Below are positions 30,557 to 40,330 of a stretch of DNA of 57,321 nucleotides, one piece after another (within the stretch, counting starts at the first letter, position 1; the number at the start of each line of letters is the position of its first letter). The DNA lies in contig JAXDQU010000078.1 of NCBI GenBank assembly GCA_034667685.1, positions 1 through 57,321 of the forward strand. Reading direction: 5' to 3'. This stretch comes from Thermoplasmata archaeon (GTDB lineage Archaea > Thermoplasmatota > SW-10-69-26 > JACQPN01 > JAJPHT01). The notes beneath the pieces are model-generated. The model was not told where the DNA came from. It saw only the letters and a program-made list of their open reading frames with translations, and searched no databases. Both the position numbers and the translations under genes were made by a program.

Positions 30557-31435
30557 ATGGCATCCCCGCCCAACCCCACGTCCCAGGAGCGCGCCGGCTT
30601 CGCCGCCTCGGGGAGCGGCATGCTCGCGCTCGACCTGGGCGTCTTCGCGCTCGCGATCGCGTCCTTCCTCGCCGCGACCGCGCTGCCCCTCCTCGTCGGG
30701 GCGGGCATCCTGCTCGCGATCCTCGGCTTCTTCCTCGCGCGCGGCTTCTTCCTCGTCCACCCCAACGAGGCCGTCGTGCTCGTCGTGTTCGGCAAGTACC
30801 GCGGCACGGTGCGCGACGCGGGCTGGTACTGGACGAACCCCTTCGCGGCGCGCAACGTCCTGAGCCTCAAGGTCCGCAACTTCACGAGCCCGCAGCTCAA
30901 GGTCAACGACGCGGACGGCAACCCCATCGAGATCGCGTGCGTCGTCGTCTGGCGCGTCGTGGACACCGCCCGCGCGAGCTTCGACGTGCAGGACTACATG
31001 CAGTTCGTGCAGGTGCAGAGCGAGACCGCGATCCGCCACCTCGCCGCGAAGTACCCCTACGACATCGGCTCGCACCCCGACGCGCGCAGCCTGCGCGGCA
31101 ACGCCGACGAGGTCGCGTCCGACCTGCGCGACGAGCTGCAATCGCGCCTCGCGCTGGCGGGCGTGGACGTCGTCGAGGCGCGCCTCACGCACCTGGCCTA
31201 CAGCGCCGAGATCGCGGGCGCCATGCTCCAGCGCCAGCAGGCCGCCGCGATCCTCGCCGCCCGCGCGCGCATCGTCGAGGGCGCCGTGAGCATGGTCGAA
31301 GGCGTGCTCAAGTCGCTCGACGAGCGCGGCATCGTCCACATGGACGAGGACCAGAAGGCCGAGATGGTGAAGAACCTCCTCGTGGTGCTCGTCAGCGAGC
31401 GCGGCGCCCAGCCGGTGGTCGCGACGTCGGGGTGA
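30557..31435 (+). CDS. SPFH/band-7 domain membrane protein
   Basis: Two TMs, PNEA.V...FGKY.GT, LKVND..GNPIEI, HLAYS.EIA.AML.RQQA. Confidence 0.92.
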   Translation: MASPPNPTSQERAGFAASGSGMLALDLGVFALAIASFLAATALPLLVGAGILLAILGFFLARGFFLVHPNEAVVLVVFGKYRGTVRDAGWYWTNPFAARNVLSLKVRNFTSPQLKVNDADGNPIEIACVVVWRVVDTARASFDVQDYMQFVQVQSETAIRHLAAKYPYDIGSHPDARSLRGNADEVASDLRDELQSRLALAGVDVVEARLTHLAYSAEIAGAMLQRQQAAAILAARARIVEGAVSMVEGVLKSLDERGIVHMDEDQKAEMVKNLLVVLVSERGAQPVVATSG

Positions 31436-31448
31436 TGGAGCGCCCCTC

Positions 31449-31526
31449 TCCAGCCACAGAGGACACGGAGGACACAGAGGCACGAGAAAACGTCCCTCTG
31501 TGACCTCCCTGTCCTCTGTGGCTGGA
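31449..31526. repeat. ~80-bp palindromic element with 9-nt CACAGAGGA units (copy 1)
   Basis: TCCAGCCACAGAGGACACGGAGGACACAGAGG ... CCTCTGTGACCTCCCTGTCCTCTGTGGCTGGA; second copy at 49063. Confidence 0.9.
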
Positions 31527-31579
31527 AACAGCGAGCGCGGCGCCCCAACCCTTTTGCCAGGAGGCGGGCCTGCGCGCGC

Positions 31580-31774
31580 ATGAAGCAGGACCTCATGGAA
31601 ATCCTCTGCTGCCCCGTGCACAAGACCGACCTGGTCCTCACGGTGGAGGCGAAGGACGACGTCGAGATCCTCGAAGGCGACCTCTACTGCGCCACGTGCG
31701 ACTTCCACTATCCGATCGAAGGCGGCATCCCGAACCTCCTTCCGCCGGAGATGCACGAGAAGAAGGCGGCGTGA
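31580..31774 (+). CDS. Trm112-like methyltransferase activator
   Basis: [12 protein letters not shown]......EI.EG.L.C..C...YPI..GIPNLLP. Confidence 0.9.
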   Translation: MKQDLMEILCCPVHKTDLVLTVEAKDDVEILEGDLYCATCDFHYPIEGGIPNLLPPEMHEKKAA

Positions 31775-31780
31775 AGGCCC

Positions 31781-32179
31781 TCAGCGCTTCGCCTGCGGCA
31801 CCAGCACCTCCAGGCCGGGCACGCGGCGGAACTCCTTCCCGTTGCGCGTCACGAGGCGCGCGCCGGCCTCCAGCGCGGCCGCGGCGATGAGCCCATCCGT
31901 GTTGCCGATGGGCTCGCCGGCGCGGTCGAGCGCCTCCATGACGTCCCCGAAGCGCCGGGCCGCGCGCGGACCGAATGGCACGTCGTGGAGCGCAACGAGG
32001 AGCTTGGCGACCGCCTCGCGCGCCGGCTGCGATCGCGCGCCGCGCCACAGCTCCGCGGCGTTGAGGCTGGTCGTCGCGAGCGTCTCCCCGCGGGCCCGAA
32101 GCTCGGCCAGAAACGCCGTTGTGGGCTCGCGCTTGTGGAGCAGGTCGATCAGGACGTCCGTGTCCAGGACGAGCGTCAT
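31781..32179 (-). CDS. vapC: VapC PIN-domain toxin
   Basis: VLDTDVLIDLL, AEL, DGLIAAAAL, LVTRN..EF.RVPGL. Confidence 0.93.
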   Translation of the reverse strand: MTLVLDTDVLIDLLHKREPTTAFLAELRARGETLATTSLNAAELWRGARSQPAREAVAKLLVALHDVPFGPRAARRFGDVMEALDRAGEPIGNTDGLIAAAALEAGARLVTRNGKEFRRVPGLEVLVPQAKR

Positions 32180-32400
32180 TCGAGGCTCCAGCGCGGGCGG
32201 ACGTCCTTGTCGCGGGCCTTCCGGACCTCGTCCTTCCAGGCGCGCCCATCGCCTTCCAGGCGGAACGCGGGATCGAACACGTCGTCGAGCGCCGCCAGAC
32301 GCGCGAGCCGCCGCGCGACGTCGCTGAAGCTCTCGCCGGGCCGCTTGGCGCCCAGGAGCGCCTCGTAGGCGTCATCCGCGATCGAGAGCGTCTTCGTCAT
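32176..32400 (-). CDS. vapB: VapB-type antitoxin
   Basis: TKTLSIADDAYEAL...KRPGESFSDV..RL; ATGA overlap with vapC. Confidence 0.9.
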   Translation of the reverse strand: MTKTLSIADDAYEALLGAKRPGESFSDVARRLARLAALDDVFDPAFRLEGDGRAWKDEVRKARDKDVRPRWSLE

Positions 32401-32407
32401 GACGTTC

Positions 32408-32421
32408 GTGTATGCATACAC
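32408..32421. promoter_or_regulatory. Perfect 14-bp palindrome, probable VapBC operator
   Basis: GTGTATGCATACAC, 8 nt upstream of the antitoxin ATG in the divergent vapB/ahcY spacer. Confidence 0.6.
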
Positions 32422-32480
32422 GCATACATAATGCTCGCGGGGGAGTCATCTTCAAAGCACCCAGGCCGGATGGCGGGCCG

Positions 32481-33743
32481 ATGAACGTCCCCCCCTTCAG
32501 CATCAAGGACAAGAGCCTCGCGAAGGAGGGCCGCCAGCGCATCGACTGGGCCGCCGCGCACATGCCCGTGCTCGCGCTGATCCGCAAGGAGTTCGAGCAG
32601 ACCAAGCCGCTCAAGGGCATCACCATCGGCGCGTGCCTCCACGTCACGAAGGAGACTGCGGTGCTCATGGAGACGCTCCAGGCCGGCGGCGCGAAGGTGT
32701 GTGTCTGCGGCAGCAACCCGCTCTCGACGCAGGACGACGTGGCGGCCGCGCTCGCGGAGAGCGGCGTGCACGTCTACGCCTGGCGCGGCGTCAACAACGC
32801 CGAGTACTACGAGCACGTCGACGCGGTGCTGCACAACAAGCCCACGATCACGATGGACGACGGCGGCGACCTCGTCACGCGCCTCGTCACCGTCCACAAG
32901 GAGCTGATCCCCCACGTGCTGGCCGGCACCGAGGAGACGACGACGGGCGTGCACCGCTTCCGCAGCATGGCGGCCGAGGGCGTGCTCCCCTATCCGCTCG
33001 TCGCGGTCAACGACGCGATGACGAAGCACTTCTTCGACAACCGCTACGGCACGGGCCAGAGCACGCTCGACGGCGTCCTGCGCGCGACCTCCGTCCTCAT
33101 CGCGGGCAAGGTCTTCGTCGTGGGCGGCTACGGCTGGGTCGGCAAGGGGCTCGCCAGCCGCGCGCGCGGCATGGGCGCCCGCGTCATCGTCACCGAGGTC
33201 GACGCGGTGCGCGCGCTCGAGGCCGTCATGGACGGCTACGAGGTGGCGCCCATGAAGCAGGCCATCGCGGAGGCGGACATCGTCGTGACCGTCACCGGCA
33301 ACAAGTGGATCCTCGACGAGGCCGAGCTGAAGGCCGCCAAGGACGGCGCCATCCTCGCCAACTCGGGCCACTTCGACAACGAGATCAACCTCGTCGCGCT
33401 CAAGAAGATGAGCAAGGGCATCCGCGAGGTCCGCCCGAACGTCCAGGAATATGATATCACGGACGGCCGCAAGGTCTACGTGCTGGGCGAAGGGCGCCTC
33501 GTGAACCTCGCCGCGGCCGAGGGCCACCCGCCCGAGGTCATGGACATGAGCTTCGCCAACCAGGCGCTCGCCGCGCAGTGGCTTCTCGCGCACGCCAAGT
33601 CCCTCAAGAAGGAGGTCTACGTCGTGCCCAAGGAGCAGGACGAGCGCGTCGCGTCGCTCAAGCTCGCCGCGATGCACGTGAAGATCGACGCGTTGACTGC
33701 CGCCCAGCGAGCGTATCTCGCTGGGTGGCAAGAGGGAACGTAA
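32481..33743 (+). CDS. ahcY: Adenosylhomocysteinase
   Basis: CLHVTKET, SNPLSTQDD, EETTTG, FDNRYGTGQS, GYGWVGKG, GRLVNLAAAEGHP. Confidence 0.97.
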   Translation: MNVPPFSIKDKSLAKEGRQRIDWAAAHMPVLALIRKEFEQTKPLKGITIGACLHVTKETAVLMETLQAGGAKVCVCGSNPLSTQDDVAAALAESGVHVYAWRGVNNAEYYEHVDAVLHNKPTITMDDGGDLVTRLVTVHKELIPHVLAGTEETTTGVHRFRSMAAEGVLPYPLVAVNDAMTKHFFDNRYGTGQSTLDGVLRATSVLIAGKVFVVGGYGWVGKGLASRARGMGARVIVTEVDAVRALEAVMDGYEVAPMKQAIAEADIVVTVTGNKWILDEAELKAAKDGAILANSGHFDNEINLVALKKMSKGIREVRPNVQEYDITDGRKVYVLGEGRLVNLAAAEGHPPEVMDMSFANQALAAQWLLAHAKSLKKEVYVVPKEQDERVASLKLAAMHVKIDALTAAQRAYLAGWQEGT

Positions 33744-33867
33744 GTTCCCTCGGGTCAACGCGTCGAGAGGCCGAAGCCGCAGCTTCGGCCGAATCGACAC
33801 GCTCACCAAGGTCCAGAAGGACTACATGGCGGGCTGGCAGGAAGGGACCTGAGTCCGGTCTCCCTGG

Positions 33868-34977
33868 TCAGAAGATCGACCGCACCGCCGCGCGCAGCAG
33901 CGCGGGCAGGGCGCGCGGGTTGCGCGCCAGCGTGGTCGCGGGCGCCTTGAGCGCGTTGACGTCGAGGCGTCGTCCGTCCCACGGCGCGAGCAGCCGGTCG
34001 ATCTCGTCGTCCGGCAGCCGCGCGAGCCGCTCGGTCGCCGTCCTGAGCGCGCGGTAGCCGCGCAGGTGCTCGCGCTTCCACGCGCGCTCGTAGTCGCCCG
34101 GGCTCGCGTGGCCGGTGGCGACGCGCGCGGCGACGCGCCCGGCCATCACGCCCGCGCCCAGGCCCAGCTCCAGCCCGCCTTGCCCGCCCGCGCCGCCCGC
34201 GACGAGGACGTTGGGCGCGCTCAGGCGGCCGGGCAGCGTGTAGACCGGGTCGGGCGCCACGCCCACGAAGCGCGCCTCGTCCGCGAGCGAGACGGGCCAG
34301 CCGGAGAGCCGCGCGTCGATGCGGAGCGCCTCCCTCGCGCGCGCCTCCGCGTCGGCCGCCTCGCCGCGGTAGAACGTCCAATGCGTCCACGCATCCCCTT
34401 CGAGCGGGTTGAGCTGCGAGCGCCCGCCCCGCGCGTGATGGCCCAGCGTCAGCGTCACGCGGTCGGCCTCCTGCGCGCCCGGCTGCTCGAACGCGAGCAC
34501 GCTGCCCCACGCCAGGCTGCCCGGGTGGCGCTGCGACGGGAGATAGCGCGTCGCGAGGGTGCGCGCGCCGTCCGCGAAGACGAGCACGCTTCCGCGCAGC
34601 GCGTCGAGGTCCGGCTTCGCGCCCGTCTCGATCGTCGCGCCGCGCGCCTCCGCCTCCTTGGCGAGCCATTGGTCGAAGCGCGCGCGGTCGAGGATCGCCA
34701 GCGGCGCGTCGACCTCCACGAGCGCGCCGCCCGGCGCCCTCACGCGCAGGCCCGCGTGCCGCCGACGCACCGTGCTGGCGGGCGGCCGGAAGGGCGCTTC
34801 CCACAGGAAGTCGAACGCCAGGCTGGCGGACGCAGGCGGGACACCGATCGCTTCGCGCGCTTCGAGCAGTCGGACGTGCGCTCCTTCACCCGCGGCGCTC
34901 CACGCCGCCGCGAGGCCGGCGGCTGAGGCCCCGATCACGACCACGTCCGGCGCCTGTTCCACAAGCGCGGATCGCAC
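33868..34977 (-). CDS. Geranylgeranyl-reductase-like FAD oxidoreductase (divergent)
   Basis: DVVVIGASAAG, LDRARFDQWLA..A...GA, FADG, NVLVAGGAGG; motifs are degenerate relative to GxGxxG and GDAAG. Confidence 0.7.
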   Translation of the reverse strand: MRSALVEQAPDVVVIGASAAGLAAAWSAAGEGAHVRLLEAREAIGVPPASASLAFDFLWEAPFRPPASTVRRRHAGLRVRAPGGALVEVDAPLAILDRARFDQWLAKEAEARGATIETGAKPDLDALRGSVLVFADGARTLATRYLPSQRHPGSLAWGSVLAFEQPGAQEADRVTLTLGHHARGGRSQLNPLEGDAWTHWTFYRGEAADAEARAREALRIDARLSGWPVSLADEARFVGVAPDPVYTLPGRLSAPNVLVAGGAGGQGGLELGLGAGVMAGRVAARVATGHASPGDYERAWKREHLRGYRALRTATERLARLPDDEIDRLLAPWDGRRLDVNALKAPATTLARNPRALPALLRAAVRSIF

Positions 34978-35052
34978 GGTCTCCGGATGAATTCTACAAC
35001 ACCCCGCGGTGGGTCCGTGCGCGCTTTAGGCTCGGACTCCGAGCCTGGCATC

Positions 35053-35457
35053 ATGCGAACCACGCCCTCTCCGCTCCGCGGTGAGACGCCCGCCACGCCC
35101 CCCGAACCCACCCTTCTCGTCACGAGCGAGAAAGGGCGCGCGGGCCTGATCCGCTGGGCGCAGCGCGCATTGCGCGAGGGCGAGGCGCTCGTGTGCGTGA
35201 AGGACCTCGTGGGCGTGCGTCGCGCGATGCGCACGCAGCCCGCGGACCCGAGCGCGCGCCTGGTCGCCACGGAGGCGCCCACGCTCCTGCGCGGCGGCCT
35301 GACCTCGCTGGTGAGCTACTACGTCGCGCCCATCGGCTCGCTCGACGCGGTCGAGACGCACTACGAGGAGGGCGAGGAGACGCACCGCTACGAGGTCATC
35401 CTCCGCGTCGCCTGCGTGGGCCGCGGAGCCTGCCGCGAAGTCCACGCGGCGGCGTGA
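35053..35457 (+). CDS. Hypothetical protein
   Basis: Host-like codon usage; fills the gap between recognised genes. Confidence 0.55.
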   Translation: MRTTPSPLRGETPATPPEPTLLVTSEKGRAGLIRWAQRALREGEALVCVKDLVGVRRAMRTQPADPSARLVATEAPTLLRGGLTSLVSYYVAPIGSLDAVETHYEEGEETHRYEVILRVACVGRGACREVHAAA

Positions 35458-35568
35458 TCCTCGCCGCGTCCCATTCCGAGTCCGATTCCTCTTCCGATTC
35501 CGGAGTCGGGATCGGGTTCTCGTCCGCGAAGGCTTATCCCCCGCTCCCCGGCTCGCGTCCTGACTCCG

Positions 35569-36375
35569 ATGCTCCGCGCCGCGCTGCTCCTCGCGCTCCT
35601 CGTCGCGCCCCTCCTCGCGGGATGCACGACCAACGGCTCCACGCTGAAGGTGAATGGCGTCGCGCCCGCGGGCGACGGCAATCTCAACCTCAGCGCGGGC
35701 CCGGGGCTCGTCGTCACGAGCAGCGCGGAGAACCACACCCTCTTGATCGCGTCCGCGCCCGTCTTCCAGGCCGCCGTGCTCCAGGCGTGCGCCGGCGCGT
35801 GCCGCAACCTGACCGTGGGGCCCGGCGCCGTGATCGCGGACGGCGACCTCGTGGGCCTCTCGAACCTCACGCTCGTGGCGGGGAGCGAGTCGCGCGATGC
35901 CGCGATCCATTTCTACGGGCCGAACCTCTCCGCCGAGCACGTGCTGGGCTGGAGCCAGGTCGCGAACGCGTTCGAGGCGACCGGCGACCTCCTCGTGACG
36001 GGCAACCTCACCGCGACGCGCTACCTGGGCACGCGCACGCCGATCCTTCTCCCGATCAACGGCCAGCAGCAGCTCGTGACGTTCAGCACCGCGGCGCTCG
36101 AAGGCCTGGAGGTCACGATCTACGCGCGCGGCAGCGCCCAGCTCCAGAACGGCGCCGCCACCGTCGCGCTGCCCACGCCCTTCCAGATCCTGGAGGCCGG
36201 CGGCAACCTCACCGTGCAGGTCACGCTCACCAGCGAGGGCCCGGCGCTCTACGTCGCCGAGAAGACGAACGATCATTTCACCGTGCGCGCCACGGGCGGA
36301 GCGCCCGCCTCCAACGCCACGTTCGACTGGTTCGTCCAGGCGCCGCGGAAGGGCGCGGAAGGGTTCACGGTGTAA
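35569..36375 (+). CDS. Lipoprotein with a phage tail-fibre-like C-terminal domain
   Basis: Lipobox LAGC; G.AQL.NG.A.V.LP..F...TVQVT....LYV.EK....F.V.....FDW.V.A.RKG. Confidence 0.65.
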   Translation: MLRAALLLALLVAPLLAGCTTNGSTLKVNGVAPAGDGNLNLSAGPGLVVTSSAENHTLLIASAPVFQAAVLQACAGACRNLTVGPGAVIADGDLVGLSNLTLVAGSESRDAAIHFYGPNLSAEHVLGWSQVANAFEATGDLLVTGNLTATRYLGTRTPILLPINGQQQLVTFSTAALEGLEVTIYARGSAQLQNGAATVALPTPFQILEAGGNLTVQVTLTSEGPALYVAEKTNDHFTVRATGGAPASNATFDWFVQAPRKGAEGFTV

Positions 36376-36388
36376 CGACGTCGCCTTC

Positions 36389-36823
36389 ATGATCCCTCTC
36401 GTCCTGGAGAGGTCCGTGCGCGCCCTCGTCCTTGTTACCCTCGTGCTCCTTGCCGGATGCCTGTCCGCGTCGGCTCCGCCTGAGCCCGCCGTGAAGGTCG
36501 TGGGGGCGACGGTCTCCATCTCGGACGCGGGCCGCACGCCCGTGACGGCGACGCTGGCGTGGCAGGACAAGGGCGGGAGCGTCCTGCGCGCCGAGGACAT
36601 CCCGCTCGCCCCCGGCGCCCAGGCGGTGCGCGACTTCATCCCGCCAGGCCAGGGCCCCTACGAGGCGAAGGTGACGATCCGCGAGACGGCGCCGGGACTC
36701 CAGAGCTGGACGTCCACCCAGACGTGGGACCTCGCGCAGTGCTCGCGCTGGCAGGCGACCTTCGTCTACAACGACTCCATCTCGCCCGTCGGGATGGCGA
36801 GCCACGGCGCGTGCGCGACGTAG
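36389..36823 (+). CDS. Hypothetical lipoprotein
   Basis: Lipobox LAGC after a hydrophobic stretch. Confidence 0.65.
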   Translation: MIPLVLERSVRALVLVTLVLLAGCLSASAPPEPAVKVVGATVSISDAGRTPVTATLAWQDKGGSVLRAEDIPLAPGAQAVRDFIPPGQGPYEAKVTIRETAPGLQSWTSTQTWDLAQCSRWQATFVYNDSISPVGMASHGACAT

Positions 36824-36913
36824 CAAGACCGCGCATTTTCCCCCGGGAAATCAGGGGTTTTTCGTACCCACCGAACGTACATATACCCCCTCTGCTTTGC
36901 TCGCGCGAGCCCC

Positions 36914-37249
36914 ATGCAGTACGCCGAGGCCCTGCGCGAGGTCAAGAAGGCCGAAGCCGAGGTCCGCGACCTCAAGGCGGATGCCCAGAAGCAGGCCGTT
37001 CAGGTCCTCCGCGATGCGGAGCGCCAGGCCAACCAGCTTTTGGAGCAGGCGCGCCAGCAAGCGGACCAGGCGTACGCTTCTTCCCTGGAAGTCGCCCGCG
37101 TCAGCGCCGAGAAGGCGCGCGCCCAGCGCCTCGCCTCCGGCGAGCGCGACGCGCTCGCCGTGCGCGCCCGCGCCCAGGGCCCCGAGTTCAAGGCGGCGCT
37201 CGACGCGCTGCTCCGCCGCTTCGAGACGCACGCGACCACCGGGAAGTGA
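36914..37249 (+). CDS. atpH: A-type ATP synthase subunit H (G)
   Basis: EAL.EVKKAEAE coiled coil; first gene of the operon. Confidence 0.8.
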   Translation: MQYAEALREVKKAEAEVRDLKADAQKQAVQVLRDAERQANQLLEQARQQADQAYASSLEVARVSAEKARAQRLASGERDALAVRARAQGPEFKAALDALLRRFETHATTGK

Positions 37250-37255
37250 GACGCC

Positions 37256-39385
37256 ATGCTCAAGCCCGAAGCGATGCAGCGCGTGCTGATCGTCGCCGCG
37301 AAGCGGCACCAGGCGCGCGTGATCGAGGCGCTCCACGGTCTCCACGCGGCGCACTTCGTCGACTTCACCGAGAACCGCACGGGCGACCTCGCCGAGTTCC
37401 GCCTGGGCGCGCCGCTCCCCGAGGGCGGCCCCGCCTCCGAGAAGCTCGTGCGCGTGCGCGCCCTGCTGCGCCACCTCGGCCTCGAAGGGCAGCTTCCCTC
37501 TTCTACCCTGAACGGTCGTGACGTGGAGGCGCGCCTCGGCCGCGACCTCGACGGCATCGAGTCCGCCGTCAACCACGCCCACGAGTCGCGCGAGCAGATC
37601 CGCACCCAGCTCCAGGAGAGCCAGGACCTCGAGTTGCGCCTCGCGCCGCTCGTCTCGCTCCCGCTGCGCCTGGAGGACTACCGCGGCTACGACACGCTCA
37701 CGACCTTCGTCGGACGCGCCACCCCCGGCTTCGAGGCCGAGGTCGCCCGCGCCTCCCCGAACGCGCAGCTCGTCCGCGGCGAGGGCGAGCTCTTCGCCCT
37801 CTTCGTCCCGAACGCGGAGGCGCCCGCCGTCCAGGAGATCCTCTACCGCTTCGGCTACGCCGAGGTCGAGGTCCCCGCCGGCACCGGCTCCCCCTCCGAG
37901 CGCGTCCTCTCGCTCGACCAGGAGCGCGCCGCGCTCTCCGCCCGCCTCGCGCAGGCCGAGGGCGACCTCGCGCGCCTCGCCGCGCAGCACAAGGACTTCC
38001 TGCTCGCCGCCGAGGAGGACCTCGGCATCCAGGTCGAGAAGGCGGAGGCGCCGCTCTCCTTCGCGAGCAGCGAGCACGCCTTCGTCGTCGATGCGTGGGT
38101 CCCCGCCTCCGCGCGCGCCGAGGTCGAGCGCCGCGTCATGGCCGCCGCGGGCGGCGACGCCTACGTGAGCGACCTTCCCTACGAGGACGACCACGGCCAC
38201 GATCACCACCACGGCCCCGAGCCCGAGGCGGGCACGGCGGGCGTCGGCGAGATCAAGCCCATCCAGAGCACGCCGCCCACGAAGTACCGCAACCCCCAGG
38301 GCATCCGGCTCTTCGAGGGCTTCACGAGCCTCTTCTCCACGCCGCGCTACGACGAGGCGGACCCCACGGCGATCCTCGCCATCGCGTTCCCCCTCTTCTT
38401 CGGCTTCATGATCGGCGACCTCGGCCTCGGGATCATCATGACGATCCTGGGCGCGCTGATGGTCACGAAGCTCAAGCGCGTCGAGCTGATGAAGGAGCTC
38501 GGCACCGCGTTCATCGTGGCCGGCGTCATCGCCATCATCTTCGGCGGCGTCGTCTTCCAGGACGCGTTCGGCCTCCCGCTCACGCACAACGGCGCGATGA
38601 CCACGGAGCTGGCCGGCCCCGAGCTGAACCTCGCCAGCCCGACGTGCGGCGACGTCTACGACCACCTGCACGAGGCCCCGTGGACGTGCCTCCTCTCGGG
38701 GAGCCGCGACACCGCGCTCTCGTCGCTGCCGCACCTGGAGCCGCTGATCCACAAGGTCACCGACGTGCACGTCATGCTCGTCCTCTCGCTCCTCGCGGCG
38801 GGCGTGCACCTGCTCATCGGCCTGCTCATCGGCATCCGCAACGAGATCGGCCACGGCGCGAAGCACCTGACCGCCAAGATCGGCTTCCTCGTGCTGCTGC
38901 TGGCCTTCTACCCCGCGGTCCTCGCGCTGCTCTCGGCGCTTCCCCCCTTCCTCACGGCCTCGCAGGCCTACACCATCGCGGGCGTCGGCTTCGTCGTGGG
39001 CGCGATCCTGCTGGGCTGGGCCGAGGGCTTCGCCGGCGTGCTCGAGATCCCCTCGATGCTCAGCAACATCCTGTCCTACCTGCGTCTGGGCGCCGTCGCG
39101 ATCGCGAAGGGCGCCATGGCCGCGGCGTTCAACAACCTCACGCTGGTGAGCATCGGGCTCGCGGCGGGCGCGGGCATCCCGCTGCTCATCGTGGCCTTCC
39201 TGCTCTTCCTCGTCGTGCAGGCGCTGCTGTTCGTGCTGGGCATGCTCAGCGCGGGCATCCAGGCCATCCGTCTCAACTTCGTGGAGTTCTTCACGAAGTT
39301 CTTCAAGGGTGGCGGCCAGCCGTTCCGACCGTTCGGTCGCGAGCGTCAGGTCACCACCCCCGCGCAATCCCCTTCGACCCCGTAA
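37256..39385 (+). CDS. atpI: A-type ATP synthase subunit I (a)
   Basis: MLKPEAM, PRYDEADPT, FPLFFGFMIGDLG, SNILSYLRL, IQAIRLNFVEFFTKFF.GGG. Confidence 0.96.
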   Translation: MLKPEAMQRVLIVAAKRHQARVIEALHGLHAAHFVDFTENRTGDLAEFRLGAPLPEGGPASEKLVRVRALLRHLGLEGQLPSSTLNGRDVEARLGRDLDGIESAVNHAHESREQIRTQLQESQDLELRLAPLVSLPLRLEDYRGYDTLTTFVGRATPGFEAEVARASPNAQLVRGEGELFALFVPNAEAPAVQEILYRFGYAEVEVPAGTGSPSERVLSLDQERAALSARLAQAEGDLARLAAQHKDFLLAAEEDLGIQVEKAEAPLSFASSEHAFVVDAWVPASARAEVERRVMAAAGGDAYVSDLPYEDDHGHDHHHGPEPEAGTAGVGEIKPIQSTPPTKYRNPQGIRLFEGFTSLFSTPRYDEADPTAILAIAFPLFFGFMIGDLGLGIIMTILGALMVTKLKRVELMKELGTAFIVAGVIAIIFGGVVFQDAFGLPLTHNGAMTTELAGPELNLASPTCGDVYDHLHEAPWTCLLSGSRDTALSSLPHLEPLIHKVTDVHVMLVLSLLAAGVHLLIGLLIGIRNEIGHGAKHLTAKIGFLVLLLAFYPAVLALLSALPPFLTASQAYTIAGVGFVVGAILLGWAEGFAGVLEIPSMLSNILSYLRLGAVAIAKGAMAAAFNNLTLVSIGLAAGAGIPLLIVAFLLFLVVQALLFVLGMLSAGIQAIRLNFVEFFTKFFKGGGQPFRPFGRERQVTTPAQSPSTP

Positions 39386-39406
39386 CGCATCATGGAGAGA
39401 TCTAGA

Positions 39407-39724
39407 ATGCAGAACAAGCTCGTCGTCCTCGGCCTCACCCTCGTCTGCCTCGGCCTCATCCCCGCCGCCTCCGCCGGCGACTGCACCACCGCCGACTCGT
39501 GCAAGGAATCCGCCAAGGGCTGGATCGCCATCGGCGCCGGCATCGCGGTCGGCCTCGCGGGCCTCGGCACCGGCATCGCCCAGTCCCAGATCGGCGCCGC
39601 CGCCGTCGGCGCGACCGCCGAGGATGCGGGCTTCCTGGGCCGCGCCCTGCTGTTCATCGCCATCCCCGAGACCGTCGTCATCTTCGGTCTCCTGATCGCG
39701 TTCCTGCTCCTCGGCAAGATCTGA
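39407..39724 (+). CDS. atpK: A-type ATP synthase subunit K (c), single hairpin with signal-like N-extension
   Basis: GAGIAVGLAGLGTGIAQ..IGAAAVGA, IPETVVIFG (ion-binding Glu). Confidence 0.95.
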   Translation: MQNKLVVLGLTLVCLGLIPAASAGDCTTADSCKESAKGWIAIGAGIAVGLAGLGTGIAQSQIGAAAVGATAEDAGFLGRALLFIAIPETVVIFGLLIAFLLLGKI

Positions 39725-39774
39725 GCCGCGTGGACGCGACGTGGCGATGAACGCGACGAACGTTGGTGAACCTC

Positions 39775-40323
39775 ATGGGTCTCGACAAGGTCGTTGACAA
39801 CATCCGCTCCGAGGGCCGCAGCGCGAGCCAGTCCACGGTGGCGAACGCCCGCAAGGAGGCGGACGCCATCCTGGCCGACGCGAGGCGCCAGGCCGACGAG
39901 GTCCGCGCCAAGCGCGCCGGCGAGGCCACCGCGGCCGCCGAGGCGCTGTTGAAGCGCGAGAGCGCGAACGCCGACCTCGAGGCCCGCCGCCTGCGCCTGG
40001 CCGCCGAGCGCGAGCTGGTCGCGTCCCTGCGCAGCGAGCTGGAGAAGCGCCTTGCCGCGCTCCCCGAGTCGCAGCGCGAGGCGCACCTGAAGTCGCTCGT
40101 GGCCCGCGCCAACGTGCCCAACGGCAAGGTGTGGGTCGCCAAGCAGGACGAGAAGCTCGCGCAGCGCGCCGGCCTGAAGATCGCCGGCACGTTCGAGGGC
40201 CTTGGCGGCGTCGTCGTCGAAGCCGCCGACGGCGCCACGCGCGAGAACCTGCGCTACGAGACGCTCCTCGACGAGATCTGGTCCGGCTCGACCGCCGAGG
40301 TCGCGAACCTCCTGAAGGCGTGA
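39775..40323 (+). CDS. atpE: A-type ATP synthase subunit E
   Basis: MGLDKVV..I, coiled coil, LGGVVVE..DG; operon position. Confidence 0.9.
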   Translation: MGLDKVVDNIRSEGRSASQSTVANARKEADAILADARRQADEVRAKRAGEATAAAEALLKRESANADLEARRLRLAAERELVASLRSELEKRLAALPESQREAHLKSLVARANVPNGKVWVAKQDEKLAQRAGLKIAGTFEGLGGVVVEAADGATRENLRYETLLDEIWSGSTAEVANLLKA

Positions 40324-40330
40324 TATCAAG

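Noticed and set aside
39407-39724. Assigning Na+ versus H+ coupling from subunit c
   Set aside because: Gln and ET are present but the downstream Tyr is Phe; ambiguous by eye.
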